Shown one piece after another: positions 51,863 to 64,000 of a stretch of DNA of 64,000 nucleotides. Below the pieces are notes generated by a model that ran no database searches, had not been told where the DNA came from, and saw only the letters and a list, made by a program, of their open reading frames with translations. The stretch is from positions 29,946,001-30,010,000 of the forward strand of contig JBITNC010000001.1 of assembly GCA_050084985.1 (NCBI GenBank), given 5' to 3'. A program made the translations under genes and the position numbers. Source of the stretch: Nageia nagi. Taxonomy: Eukaryota; Plantae; Pinophyta. Position 1 is the stretch's first letter; each line of letters starts with the position of its first letter.

Positions 51863-54800
51863 TGATATCTTTATTATAGGATATAGCATTGATAACATAT
51901 CTTTCATCTAACTATTTCAAGGATTTGTTTTGTGTTATGGACAAATTTTCCAAGAACTCAAGTATTTGAAGATATATTCACAAGTTTGCATACTAGTTTG
52001 AATTATTAATATGATCAACATCATGTCTACCAATATTGGTGACTATATTCACCTTATGTGTTTCAACATTAGCTAAATATTAAGCTAGTTCTTCACCTTT
52101 GATAACCTTTGCTACATAAAATTCTATATTATACTGAAGTAATATAGTCATCCATATTGGTAGTATCCCTAATGGTTCAATCTTATATTAATGCATCCTT
52201 TATTGTAATAAAAGGTATTTGAACATTCACCTAATTTTATTCAAATATAAACTTAAAATGTTCAAAGTATTTGACCACAACAAAGGCATGTTTCTTTATC
52301 ATAACATATTTAATCTTAACATCTTTAAGGCCAAAAATCATAAAAGCTATAGGTACTTTAGCTATATCCTCATTCTTTTGAGATAATATTATAACATTAG
52401 AATATTTGGAAGCATATTTAAAAAAATTGGACGGTTTTGAATTATATGGTCTGATTAAGGTAGGAGAATCAATAACAACCTATTTGACTGCTTCAAAAGC
52501 CTCTAAATTTTTTTCATTCTAGTTTACTTCCTCATTCCCTTTTATCATTTTATTTATAAGAACTTATATTTTTACAAAAAAAAAAATTAAATCTCATAAC
52601 AAAGTTGATCTTACTGAATAAGAACCTAAACCCTTTTAGATTTTTTGATTATTATATCGAATTAATCACTCTCACCCTTTTTGGATATATCTTTATACCT
52701 TATTTGGATATTGTATGGCCTAAATATTTTCCTTAGGATGCTATGAATAAATGTTTTTTTTGTATTTAATGAGATAACATATTATCTATATTTCTTGAAT
52801 ATAATAATAAGATTTTTTAGGTTATATTCAAGTTTTTTAGAGAATACATTCAAATCATAAAGGTATATAACAATAAATTTGAGCATGATATTTTTGAATG
52901 AAAAATCCATTTCCATATGAAAGGTAAAACTTTCATTAGATATACCAAAAGGTACATTTTTGCATTTAAATATTTTCCAAGGGGTAGTGAATATTATTTT
53001 GAATCTATCTTCTTCATAAACCATGAATTGATTGAACCGAGAAACCATCCAATAGGGATATCCTAGACAAGTATCATACAACTTGTAACAATTTATACAT
53101 TTTGGGAAAAGGATAATTATCATTTAGGTAAATTTTATTAAGATTTATAAAATCTATACATAGCCTAATTTCTCTTATGGTTTTCCTTACCAACTAAATT
53201 TGAAATCCAAGAAGAATATCTATCCTTTTTTATAATTTTAGCATCCTCTAACTTCTCTACTTCATTTTACATAAGAGTGAATAATGTAAGATTACACTTC
53301 CTCTATTTTCTTATGAAAGGATTAAATTATTTCAAAGTAATAATGTGTGTGAGGATAGAATGTTTGAAAGTTCTAAGTTCATTGTATCCCCTTGTGAAGA
53401 CATCCCTCTTTTTCCTTAAGAATTTATGAAACTCTACTTTCTCTTCATGAAGTATTTCAAGATATATATATATTATCTTACTCATTTCCCATATTTATCT
53501 CTTCAAAATTCATCTTTATAATATATTGCATAACAATAAAATAATATGCTTTCTCAAATTCATCATATAATGCATCCAATACTAACATCCCTCTAGGGAT
53601 AGTCTTTATTTTCAATTGAATCACTTCAACAGGAAACCCATTTTTTTGTACAAGATTATATTCACCTTCATCATATATCTATTTATCATATTCATTTTGA
53701 CCCTACATGGAGTCTTAAATATGGATATTATCTTCAAACACTTTCATATAAATAATATTATCAGACATTAAAGATTTATGTATTGAGACAACTAGATGAT
53801 TTTGCATATACTTCCAATCTATTTCAGGATTATCTCCATAAAAAAAAAAAAAACTACTTTAAGGTCATCCATTTTACTTAACTTTATTAAAAATAAGTTA
53901 TATTGAAAGATTAAAAATTTCAAGTTCATCTAACATAGCTTTTCTGTACTAATCAACCTTACATGCTTTGTCTTATATGCTCCTTTGATATGGTTTATTA
54001 TCAATTTTGCATCTTCAAATATTAATACATGATTGATTTTTAATTTCCTTTCCTTTATCAATATTTATTGTAGTGCTTCATATTTACAAACATTGTTTAT
54101 GTAGGGAAACTCTAATCTGTAAGGGATTCCTAGATAAAATCCTCTGATATCTTCCAAATATACCCTTGATCCATTACCAATTCTATTTTTTTACCATCAA
54201 AATACATATTATAGATATTTTCTTTTTAAATTAACTATGTGGTTGCATAAACCTATCTTATTATATCAGTATCCATTGTGTGTTCATCTATGTATTCATC
54301 TTGTAAAGGAATAAGTGCATGCCATATGAAATAGACTCCATCATCATGATCCTCAATATCTTCAACTTTGTCTATTATGTTGATGACATCAACTTGAGAT
54401 ATAAATTCAAATAATACACTAGGATAAGGTCTATTTTCTAACAATGATTATTAATTTATCAAGCACATGAATAGTATCATATGATAAGTTCATTTAAATG
54501 GAAACTCCAATCAATTTGTTCAATCATTTAGATAATACTAAAGAAAAATAAGGTTCTACTTCCACTATAACTATATCCATCGATAATATTTTTATAAGGT
54601 GTTTATCTAAAGAGAATGACACATTTTTGACTATATTAACATTATCTACTTTTATATTATCCATTACTACTATAGAAGGATGATCACTAGTGCATGTTAG
54701 TTCAAGATTATTTACAACTTATTTTGACATCACATTCATGGAGGCTCTAGTATCCATCATGCAATTATGTATTACATAATTAATACTAAAGTTATTGTAT

Positions 54801-57368
54801 CTTAATGATATAAATAAAGTATTAGCATTCATATCAAGATTTTATATAGAGGTAGTAGCTTTATCGATTGTTACAAATGCTTTTTCTTCAAAGAAGCTAA
54901 AAGTATTACAAACATGATCTTTGTATTTTGGTACTTTCATCATCTCTTAAAGTGTGACTAACACCTTAAATTTAGTAAATTAAACACCCACATAAAACAT
55001 TATTTTGTTAGGTTCCTTTTTCTTTTGAATAATTTCTTGATGAGGGGATGATTCCTATTGAGATCTTATCATTTCTTTCTAAGGATTCATCTCTACTTGA
55101 GTTTGTATATCATTTTAATTTTTTTCATTATTATGGCTCTTATTATTACCTTTTTTATTATATTGATTGTTTCTATCAAGAATTATTTTTTGTCTTAGAT
55201 TTATCCCATGAATGTCAATTATCTAGACTAATTCTTTGGTATCAACTTTGTGAAGGATCACAAGAATTGTTTTCTTTTTTGTTTGTGGAATATGATCTAA
55301 TGCAACCTCTATGGAACCTTGATCAATATATTCATGAGAAATAATAATATCATGCTTAAATTTGTTTCTCTCTACTCATCTTCAGCTCCCCATAACATAT
55401 TGATTTTTGAGACTTCACCTTTTTCTTTTGTTTCCTTCTAATCTGACAAAAACATGGCACAAACTATGGGGTTATGTGATAAATCACAAGAATATTAGTA
55501 TAATGGATATTCATTTTGGAAATTATCTATAAGTAGAGTAATGCGAACAAATTTTATACCTTTTTAAGCATCTCTATGCTTAAAATTATTATTTTACAGT
55601 CTATTAGAGTTTTTTAATAGAAGTATGGAATTAAGATTATTGGAGAAGGTTTATCCTATATTATGCTAAGGATGACTGCCTTTCCATTCTTGACAACTAG
55701 CTATTAAAATTTGAGAGTATTTTAGATATTTTCTTAATAATTGTTTCTTGGGAACTTTTTTAATATGAACAAAAAAATCTACTTTCCTAGGATTTCTTTC
55801 TATTATCAGATCTAAAGAACAAGGTTTCACCTTTCTTGTACATATCATTTCCCTTTCAATATTAAGAGTAGTATCCATACATTATTCTTTATCTTGAGAT
55901 CTAAAATATTTGAGCTCATATCTCATTTATCTAGGGAGAGATAATTTGTAATGGATAATGCATTATACATTTTTTGGTCTTAAATCCCCTGGTAATTTAT
56001 TTTTCATTTTAACAAATCTGGTATTGATGTTATCAATGGTTTCATTTTCTTTCTTATTGATTTTTGATAACTATATGAGTATAATTTGTTCATTATTCTT
56101 ATAACCATATTTTTTAAAAAAATATCCTCTAATGCATCATAGGTTCCTATTTAAGAAGCCAATAATGAATGAAACCATCATCGAGGTGGGGGGCTCTATT
56201 AGTAGGAAATGGTAAATAACATGTGAGTGCTACTAGGTGATATTTATGATATCAAGCTAAAGTATTGGTGTATTACTAGGGGTGAAGGGGTTTTTAGGAG
56301 GGGATAAAACATGTGTAATTGAATGGCATTTTATCTAGTTGGAATACCCAAACTCCCCCCTATATGATGATATTATTATTCTATTTCTCTTCAATTTTAT
56401 CATTTTGAGATAATTAAAATATTATTCTATTATTGATTTCATTTTAACATATTAAGTTAATTAATTAATTCATCTTTTTACTAAATCAAATTAATTAATA
56501 TTAAATTAAAGTTAGAGCCTAAGATCTAACCTTACCTTCAATTTACACAAAAAAAATATATCATTGAAGGTAATTTACCTACAATTACCCTTAAAATGTG
56601 TTCACATTTGGAGGCAATCATAGATTATGAGTGAAGATGATTTGGAATTTTTGGTTTATGCTGATAGGTTTTTTATTCATATAAATTTTAAACTTTTGAT
56701 TCAATTTCAAATTTTGGATCCATTATTTTATTTTATTAATTATTCACAGTTGAACATTTGACTCTCTCATCAATCAATGTAATTATAGAATGTCTCTTTA
56801 CATAATAAGAATTGATATGAAGGATTATAATCAATAATTTATCTATAATATGAAAATAAAATATAATTATATTTTAAACCAAGGTGATAATATTTTTTCC
56901 ATAGGTAAAAATAATATATAAAAAAGATAAAAATGATATTAATTAAACATGCAAAAGAATTTCAAATGTAAGAAAAATATACAAAATCTAAAATAAAAAT
57001 ATGATGTATAAGGAATATTGTTTGCCTTGTTTATCTCAAATCTATAACTATAATCAACCCTCATTTCCCTATAAACAAATTTTCTTATAGTAGGTGTATT
57101 TAATATAAGATAATTACAAATTTAAAATAAATATATAAGATAAAATGGGATGCTAATTGGTGTAATGAAAAATATATGATTCAAAGTACACTAACCGCAA
57201 CCATCCTTGGTGATTTAATCTAATGGTTTCAATGACTTTTGATCACAAATTCTTAAAGGCATAAACTAGTTATAATCCTCACCAATTTTCATATCAAGCA
57301 TTGTGTTGGTTGATTTGATTTGAATGTTCTATTTGAAGAATTATATTGTGCATTTTTTAGTATTAAGA

Positions 57369-57585
57369 ATGGAGGCAAGAGGTGCAAAAGTATAAGGGTT
57401 GAGGAAGGAAAGGTGAAGCCAAGAAGTTCCTCTCTATATTTTTGAATTCAAGGTGTCAATTACCTAATGTAAGAATCATAAGATATCTCAATAAGGGGAG
57501 GTATACGAAGAGGGTGGGACTTGGGCATTGGATCTCCCACCTATATAGCTTTTATGATGGAGTACTTGGTTGTTGAAGTACTTGA
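57369..57585 (+). pseudogene. Histone H2A (H2A.W-like) captured pseudogene, N-terminal half
   Basis: MEARGAKV*G...GEAKKFLSIFLNSRCQLPNVRIIRYLNKGRYTKRVG...GSPTYIAFMMEYLVVEVL versus H2A KAGLQFPVGRIxRYLKKGRYAxRVGxGAPVYLAAVLEYLAAEVL. Confidence 0.88.
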
Positions 57586-58204
57586 TTTCAAACTAATTGA
57601 GTGGAACCATCCCCATATTGTTAGGTGAGTTTATAAGACTTCAAAAATTGGCCATTTCCCATAACTTATTCATAGGTTTTATCCCAACCAAGCTTGGAAT
57701 TCCTACCAAATACTCACTCATCCCTAAATTTTCTCTAATAACATATCAAGCTTGATTCTCTCATCCCTATCATCCCTATCAACCTACACTTCTCTTCATA
57801 TTCTTATCCTAGAGAATAATAATATTTTTAATATTTTCTTGGATTTGATATTGAGAAACCTTATCTTCTTACAAAGTCTCCTCCTTAATAATAACTATAT
57901 TTTTGGTCTCTTTCTAACGTCTACATCTAGTTGTAACATTTAAAGGTCATGGATTTCAATTCCAATAAGATTTTAGGCTCCCTATCGATGACCATATGCA
58001 TGAAATTCAAAGACCTTGAGGAGATCGAGCTATCAAATAATCTAATTACTAATTATAACTTGACAACATTAGGGTACTGCTTTGAGTTACAAACCATAGA
58101 CTTGATTCTGAATTTTCTTTAGGGCTAGATTCCTTTTGAGCTTAGAAACCTCAAGAATCTAGAATACCTAAGGTTGTGGTTTAATGGCTTGAAGAATAAA
58201 ATTT
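57586..58204 (+). pseudogene. Captured LRR ectodomain fragment of a BRI1-family receptor kinase, most like BRL2/VH1
   Basis: SN*LSGTIPILLGEFIRLQKLAISHNLFIGFIPTKLG...LENNNI...LILRNLIFLQSLLLNNNYIFG.F.TSTSSC..LKVMDFNSNKILGSL...IC....LEEIELSNNLIT......YCFELQTIDLILNFL*G*IPFELRNLKNLEYLRLWFNGL, colinear with the BRL2 LRR series as I recall it. Confidence 0.8.
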
Positions 58205-58206
58205 CA

Positions 58207-58450
58207 ATGGAACTTGAGAAATGCAATCATCTAAAAAATCTAATGGTTCTTCCAAAAATAATAATAACCACATCATACCCCACCATGTCCTCCTCATTAT
58301 ACATAATGATGAAGATCTCGATAAGATTATGGATGGAGTAACCATCATCCATAATGGAGTCTCACCCAAGAACCACTAGGTCCTCCTCCCCAAGAAGTAA
58401 TCCTCATTTGTTGAAGATTCCAAGGAGCCCAAGTACCATAAAAAACCTAA
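58207..58450 (+). pseudogene. Histone H2A (H2A.W-like) captured pseudogene, C-terminal half
   Basis: [45 protein letters not shown] versus [47 protein letters not shown]. The tail ...SKEPK(t-a cca taa aaa acc taa) reads as a decayed KSPKK. Confidence 0.88.
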
Positions 58451-61400
58451 TAAATGAAGTATTAAATTATTCCTTTGTTATTTAATGGGCATTTAGTTCC
58501 TCTTATGTTAACCAATTTTTTTGGGTGTTATTACAAAATAAATGCAAACTGATTTGAACAAAACTTGTAAGAAAATGTATTTAATATATTTATTTAATGT
58601 ATTTTATTTGGTAAAATTATTTTATTAGTAAGGTCTTTACCAATTTTTTAGATGTAGTAATTTGATAGTTGTAAATTTGAAATTATTAGATTTGAATTAC
58701 AGAGAAGAAACATTTAGTTAGTTGCATAACAATAATGATTTGATGAGTAAAGAGCTTTTATATTTTTATTTTTATATTCATAATTTCATACTGCACTTAT
58801 AATATGAATATTATTTATTTGTATGTTAAGTTTTTATCTTTTTATTATTTTCTTAATATTATATAATTATTTATTTTCATTATATTTATTTCAATAATAA
58901 CATTTATTATTGACATCAAAATACATATAGCTATATAGATAGATTTAATTTTAAAGAATCACTTTAAGGGACTCTAAGTAAATTCTAATAAACCTTTTAT
59001 TGTAAGGTTGAAAAATGTAGAGGATTAGTTAATATAATTTTCAACTTCTTTCAAATATATGTTCAAAATAATATGGTTAAACTAATGGAAATGATTGATA
59101 GATAAATTTTTTAATGTATTATTAAACTCTCCAATTTGTAGCATCTATCTTGAAACATTTATGTAGAAGTAAGTATATATCAATTAAGTATTTCAATGAT
59201 ACTTTCTCATATAATTAAGTTGTATAAAAAAAATGTGAGGTTTATTTTATATTCTTTGTCCTCTCTCTCAAAAAGAGGGGACTTAAAAACAAACAATAGC
59301 AATATTTGAAAATAGATATACCATGAGGGATTTAATAAATTCAAAGAGGAGGTGGTAAATTTTAAAAATAGGGGGTTTTTTAATAAGTCTATGCATGCAC
59401 ATATTTTTAATCCTTTCCATTAAGAGACCTCCTGCCCCCTTCCTATGGAAGCCATTTTCTAGCATCTTTCTCTAGAGTTTGATAAAACAATATTAGAATA
59501 ATATATTATTATTCTACCTCTAAAATATCAAAAGCATAAAAGAAAGATTTTATGTGTTCTTCCCTAGTTATGATTGAGTTTCCCTAAAATAGAGGTAGAT
59601 GCTTGGAAGATTTTTTAGAAAGGTCATGTAATTGGGGCCAAATAGTCAGGTTTAATTTGTATATATATATAGTATTTTAATGCATCCTCCTATTCCTGAT
59701 AGCATTTTCACCTATTCTTGACATCCAAAATCCTAAAATTTTAGACCTAAGTGTTTTCTTATTAGTTTAAACACATAAATGATCTAGGAATGGACCCAAA
59801 TGATCCACATGAGCTTGTCAATGCTACTAGCTAGTTAGTACCCATATGGTAAGATTGATTAAAGTCTAGATTAACCAATCCTATTCAAATCTCTTCTAAT
59901 GTTCACTCCATAATGCTCATCCTATTGAGGAGACACCTCATATGTGACCCCACCATTTCCACTTCACAAACTATGCAACAAATATTTTGGACATGATGTA
60001 ATGGTTTCTTACTAAGGGCCCATATCACCTAAGAGAACATACATCCACTAGTTTACACATCCTCACTTGATGATAACCCTCTGAATCATAAGTGTAAATT
60101 GTTTTTCATAGAAAAATTTCTTTATGAGCGAAAAAATATCATCATCTATGGAATAGTCATCATACTCCTATGTGCTAAACTACAAGTAGTATGACTACTA
60201 AATTACCATCACCTAGTAATTATAGTTTTGTCAACTACTACCCTCATATGACACCTTATTAAGGATATGAGACACTAGCCTACCCATATCTATCATTTAG
60301 GCTCACGATGGGATCTAGCATCCCTATGCCCATATCTTGGGGAGCCGTGGGTATTGAAGTAATACCCTTGAGTGGTATGTATGGTATATATAATTTTAAG
60401 CAAGGTTATAAAATAAAACCACCCATGACCTATCAATTGTAAAATAATTGATCCCAATTCAATTATTTAGATTACTAATATCATAAGTAGGAAGATTCAA
60501 TAGCAAGCTTGTTTAGGAAGTCACAAAAGATATCTAGAAGTACTAAAATTATACCATATGCATGGTACTATGTAATTAATACTGCTTTATAAAAGTTCTC
60601 ATGCTATTGTTTAGTAACGTGCTTTGAGATGACACTAAATCAACTACTTCTATAGAGGAAGTGTGACATAAGTGGTCCTTACTCAAGGTATATTTCTTTC
60701 GCTTATCATTTTGCAAGGGAGGTTCAACTGACAAATATTCCACATCAATTTTCATCTATTATTGAGTCTATCCAAAATTCCCCTTTTTAAGTCAATTCTA
60801 TCATACTAGGGTTTTAACTTAAGTCATTATTTAATTTGAACTTCATACTTCATTAATAGATCCATCCTTTATTTAGGGCCACATTAGGGTTTACCATCAA
60901 GAACCCATATCTAAAACTCTAAATGATTACTTTATTGATCTAATTGACTCCTAAGTCTTCCATATTTCTTCATTAATGTAAGTCACCTTTACTAAGTAGT
61001 TCTCATCTTATCGATATTACCCTAATCTTATAAGAACCCATTTTGATCCCTTTCAATAGTTAAGGGTCCCTAAAAACTTCTTAATTATTTTCCATTAGGA
61101 TTACCTATTAATTGAATTTCTTACAATGTATTCTTGTACAAATGGATTTAGTTCACTTTTAGGACTCATATGCAAAACTTAGGATTAATAATATCAATCC
61201 CTAATTACTTATTTAGTGTCACTTGAATTTGACATCTCTTCTTCTTTTCATAGTGTGAGTTATGTTTTGTCTTGAGAACATACTAGGGTAATGGAATTTC
61301 TCAATTCACACTCATACAAGATAAATAAATATAATTACAATTTTTTTGTGTTTATATTTTATATGAATATACTTAAGCTATTCCATTAAATTTCTAAGTA

Positions 61401-61964
61401 TCATTGATAAATATATTATATACTACTCTTTCCCATTCACTACCTTCATATGGAACTATATTTGAGGATTCCTACTTTAGCATTTAAGAGGACTCAAATA
61501 AGAACACATTAAAAGTAAATAGATACTACATGCTTCTCAAAATATTACATGAAGTTTCCTCCAAACTTGAATTCCATAAAAAGTATTTCATGATAATATG
61601 AAAGTACAATAAATGAGGACAACCCTTATCATTTACAAGAGGGTCCCTTACAATTTTTACATGAGCAAATACATAATAGATATTTCAAATCTTGATTTAG
61701 AGTTATTCAATAATCTGATGTCCTCTTTATGTAGAGTTCCTAATCTTCATCTTTCAAGATTCTTCCAAGGATCCAAAGGTATTGGTTCGAGTACTAAGAA
61801 GGTTAGGAGATTGAGGATCAGAAAAACCCTCTTTTACTTATGACCATGATGCAAATTTAAATAGGGTCTCTAACTCATTAAAACCATTCTATAGACCTCA
61901 AGAGGATTTTATGCCTTCTTTAAGGCTACCTCATTTCCTTGATCACATTAACGTTGCTCAAAAA

Positions 61965-64000
61965 TGTTATAACCTCTTCATACTATCATTCACAAATTAT
62001 CCTTAAATATGGCTTAATTTTACACTAGTAGCACTTGAAACTCTTATTAACACTCTTATTAAGTCTCGAACAATTAATATGAGAATTATAAAAACCATTT
62101 CATCATTATTTAAAATAAATATAACCTTATTCAAAATAAATTCATGACCACACTATCAATTATTATTTTTCTTATCATTACAATGATATATAAATGAACC
62201 AACTATATCACATCATTTATAATAGCAATTTATTAATTGATTAACACCATACAAAATATCTTGTTGGCTTTATTATGTTAAAGATGGATTATTAAAGAGT
62301 TGAATTAGACATAAACCAATCCTTATCTTCTTAAGAGAAAAATTATTGGATCAAAGCTTGGAGCAATATGAAACCTTAGGTATTGAATAAAATATGTGGT
62401 TTCCTGATAATGCTTCTTTGAGGGCTCCTAGCTCAATGCACTACCTATTTGGAAAGCATGCTGAGACATAATGCGATACCTATTTGAATGGAAAACATGC
62501 TAATTTATTTGGTGCTACTCGTAGTGAACTCTAGGAAAAGATTTGAGGAGTTTTAAAATGTTGGTAAACTCGATGTATTAAATTAATATTTGTGAGATCT
62601 TCATGATATAGTTTATCAAATAAAAATAAATGGATGTGTTCAAAGACTTGTAGCTCATTTCAACTCACCTACATAGGGAGAGAATGAAGGCATGAATGAG
62701 AAATACCCTTCCAAGGTTTGAGGGTCTTGCAAACTTTTTTAAAGAATAGCTACACAAAGGGAATTCAAGAATAGTCTATGTGAGTGCAAAGAACATCTTT
62801 CTAAGGCATGAAATTTTAATAAAAATGAGTATAGATAGATATAGACATTCATATCCCAATTTTTAGGTTCCAAAAGGAGGCTTTACTAAAATGATCTTGC
62901 TATAGCATAGGAAAAATTGAGAAAAACATTATATTGAATGATACTTGGTATATCCCTATGATTCATTATAACCATAGCATGGAGAGGAGATAGACTTCTA
63001 AAAAAATCATGTAATGCAATACAAAATCAAATATCCAAAACATCATGAGGAGAGAAGCAAGCACATAACATATTTACAACATTTCTGACTACACTATCCC
63101 AAGGTCTCCTAGTCAACATTAAAATCTTGTTGAAAGGCATGCAAGAGCAATTGAATATTAAACAAAAATATTGAATCATTCACATAGTAGACTCTAGTGA
63201 ACAACAAAGAAAAGGAATGCATATGGAGTAGTATAATCAGCCAATAAGGTAGTATATCTATCATTCAAACATTGTACTCAAATCCAACAAGCTTGAAATA
63301 AGAATTATTAATTTCCTTCTTCATCTAAGACAAGGGTATAAGTCTTACATGTAGAATTAGCAAATAAGACAATAATGTGTCTCTTCAATAAGAATAAGAC
63401 TAATACTAGCATTTAACTCTATTAATATTTATTCAACATATCATTATTTTCTTTAAAAAACTAATACTAAATAAATCTATATCATAAATAAACATTCTAG
63501 AAATAAAAAACTAAAATATAAAGGAAAACACATGGGCTTGAGAGAGGAGAGGCTTCTTTTCTCCATAGAGCTCTAAAACCAAAACTTGAGAATCAAAATA
63601 ATGAGATGGTAGTAATTAATTTTATTAATGTTCCACCCCCTTATTTATAGCCAAGGAGGCTCAAATATGCCTAAATAAATGTCTACTCATCCCTTCAATA
63701 ATTTTTGTGGAGGGAGATCTAGATATTTTATTTCTTTGTAAGGTAGGTCTTAATTAAATTTATTAATAAGTGTTGTGACATGAAATACTTTGAACTCTTT
63801 TATATTAACTGATAAATTAAGGCCAATTATTTCCCCTACCTAACACAAAGAACAAAGTAAGTGGGGATCATAACTCAATTATTTTCACTAACTACAAAAA
63901 AGACCTTGTAACATATACAAAAGTGACATTAGTCCTTTATAACTAGTACTTTTAAATTTCACTCTATTTTACTAAAAATTGTAAGTAAAAATTCAAATTT
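61965..64000 (-). repeat. LTR-derived sequence: probable 5' LTR of element C, possibly with a nested LTR ending at ~63875
   Basis: PBS-like tcacattaacgttgctc-aaaaa precedes tgttat at 61965. Minus-strand ctataaata at ~63642-63651. LTR-end-like gtggggatcataac at ~63861-63874. No partner LTR in the window. Confidence 0.45.

Larger units (their letters stand above)
56179..59447. mobile_element. Non-autonomous pack-type DNA transposon (hAT-like, 8-bp TSD) inserted in the gag of element C
   Basis: TSD gaaaccat (56171-56178) / gaagccat (59448-59455); removal restores gag DARKWFHSLL. Termini catcgaggtgggggg and reverse-complemented cataggaaggggcagg. Patchy inverted similarity over several hundred bp. 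No transposase. Confidence 0.8.
44765..61960 (-). mobile_element. Internal region of decayed Ty3/Gypsy Tat-type element C (gag-PR-aRH-RT-RH-INT), interrupted by element D and a pack element
   Basis: gag HDLSKKSSKHLPLF*GN..REEHIKSF...DARK|WFHSLL (~59630-59448, 56178-55900); PR NCMMDTRASMNVM (~54766-54728); aRH MYFDG...RLEFPYINNVCKYEAL (~54215-54070); RT FTTPW...VPFGISN...IYLYD (ORF 52782-53123); RH ~52450-52050; INT EFHKGICVGHY and WGLDLIK (~45780-44770). Confidence 0.9.

Noticed and set aside
57369-58450. Functional histone or receptor-kinase gene
   Set aside because: Multiple stops and frameshifts, no transmembrane or kinase domain, and it is enclosed in a TSD-flanked insertion.

Overview
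Very AT-rich, strongly CG/CHG-depleted plant intergenic or heterochromatic DNA. The element types suggest a gymnosperm, but that is an inference. I find no intact host gene, and nearly all short ORFs in the track are remnants or antisense shadows of decayed transposons. The window resolves into a nest of ancient insertions, most with recognisable target-site duplications (TSDs). (1) A LINE-like 3' end (1-1138) cuts the RT of a minus-strand Tat-type Ty3/Gypsy element, E. (2) Ty3/Gypsy element A (8324-27392, PR-aRH-RT-RH-INT plus a long 3' accessory ORF) contains two solo LTRs; one of these holds a CACTA-like pack element with PPR fragments. (3) A decayed intron-containing Sola2-like transposase with 23-bp and ~215-bp arrays is split by element B (29963-43167), which lacks gag/PR/RT, keeps aRH-INT and an antisense PMD ORF, and holds a poly(A)/TSD insertion with an unusual ORF. 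(4) A second PR-aRH-RT element, C, is interrupted by a near-complete CRM-like element D (~45781-51862) and by a 3.3-kb 8-bp-TSD pack element (56179-59447). The most notable observation is that pack element's cargo: a decayed H2A.W-like histone gene with a BRL2-like LRR fragment inserted in its middle. Coordinates were read by eye, and domain limits are approximate.
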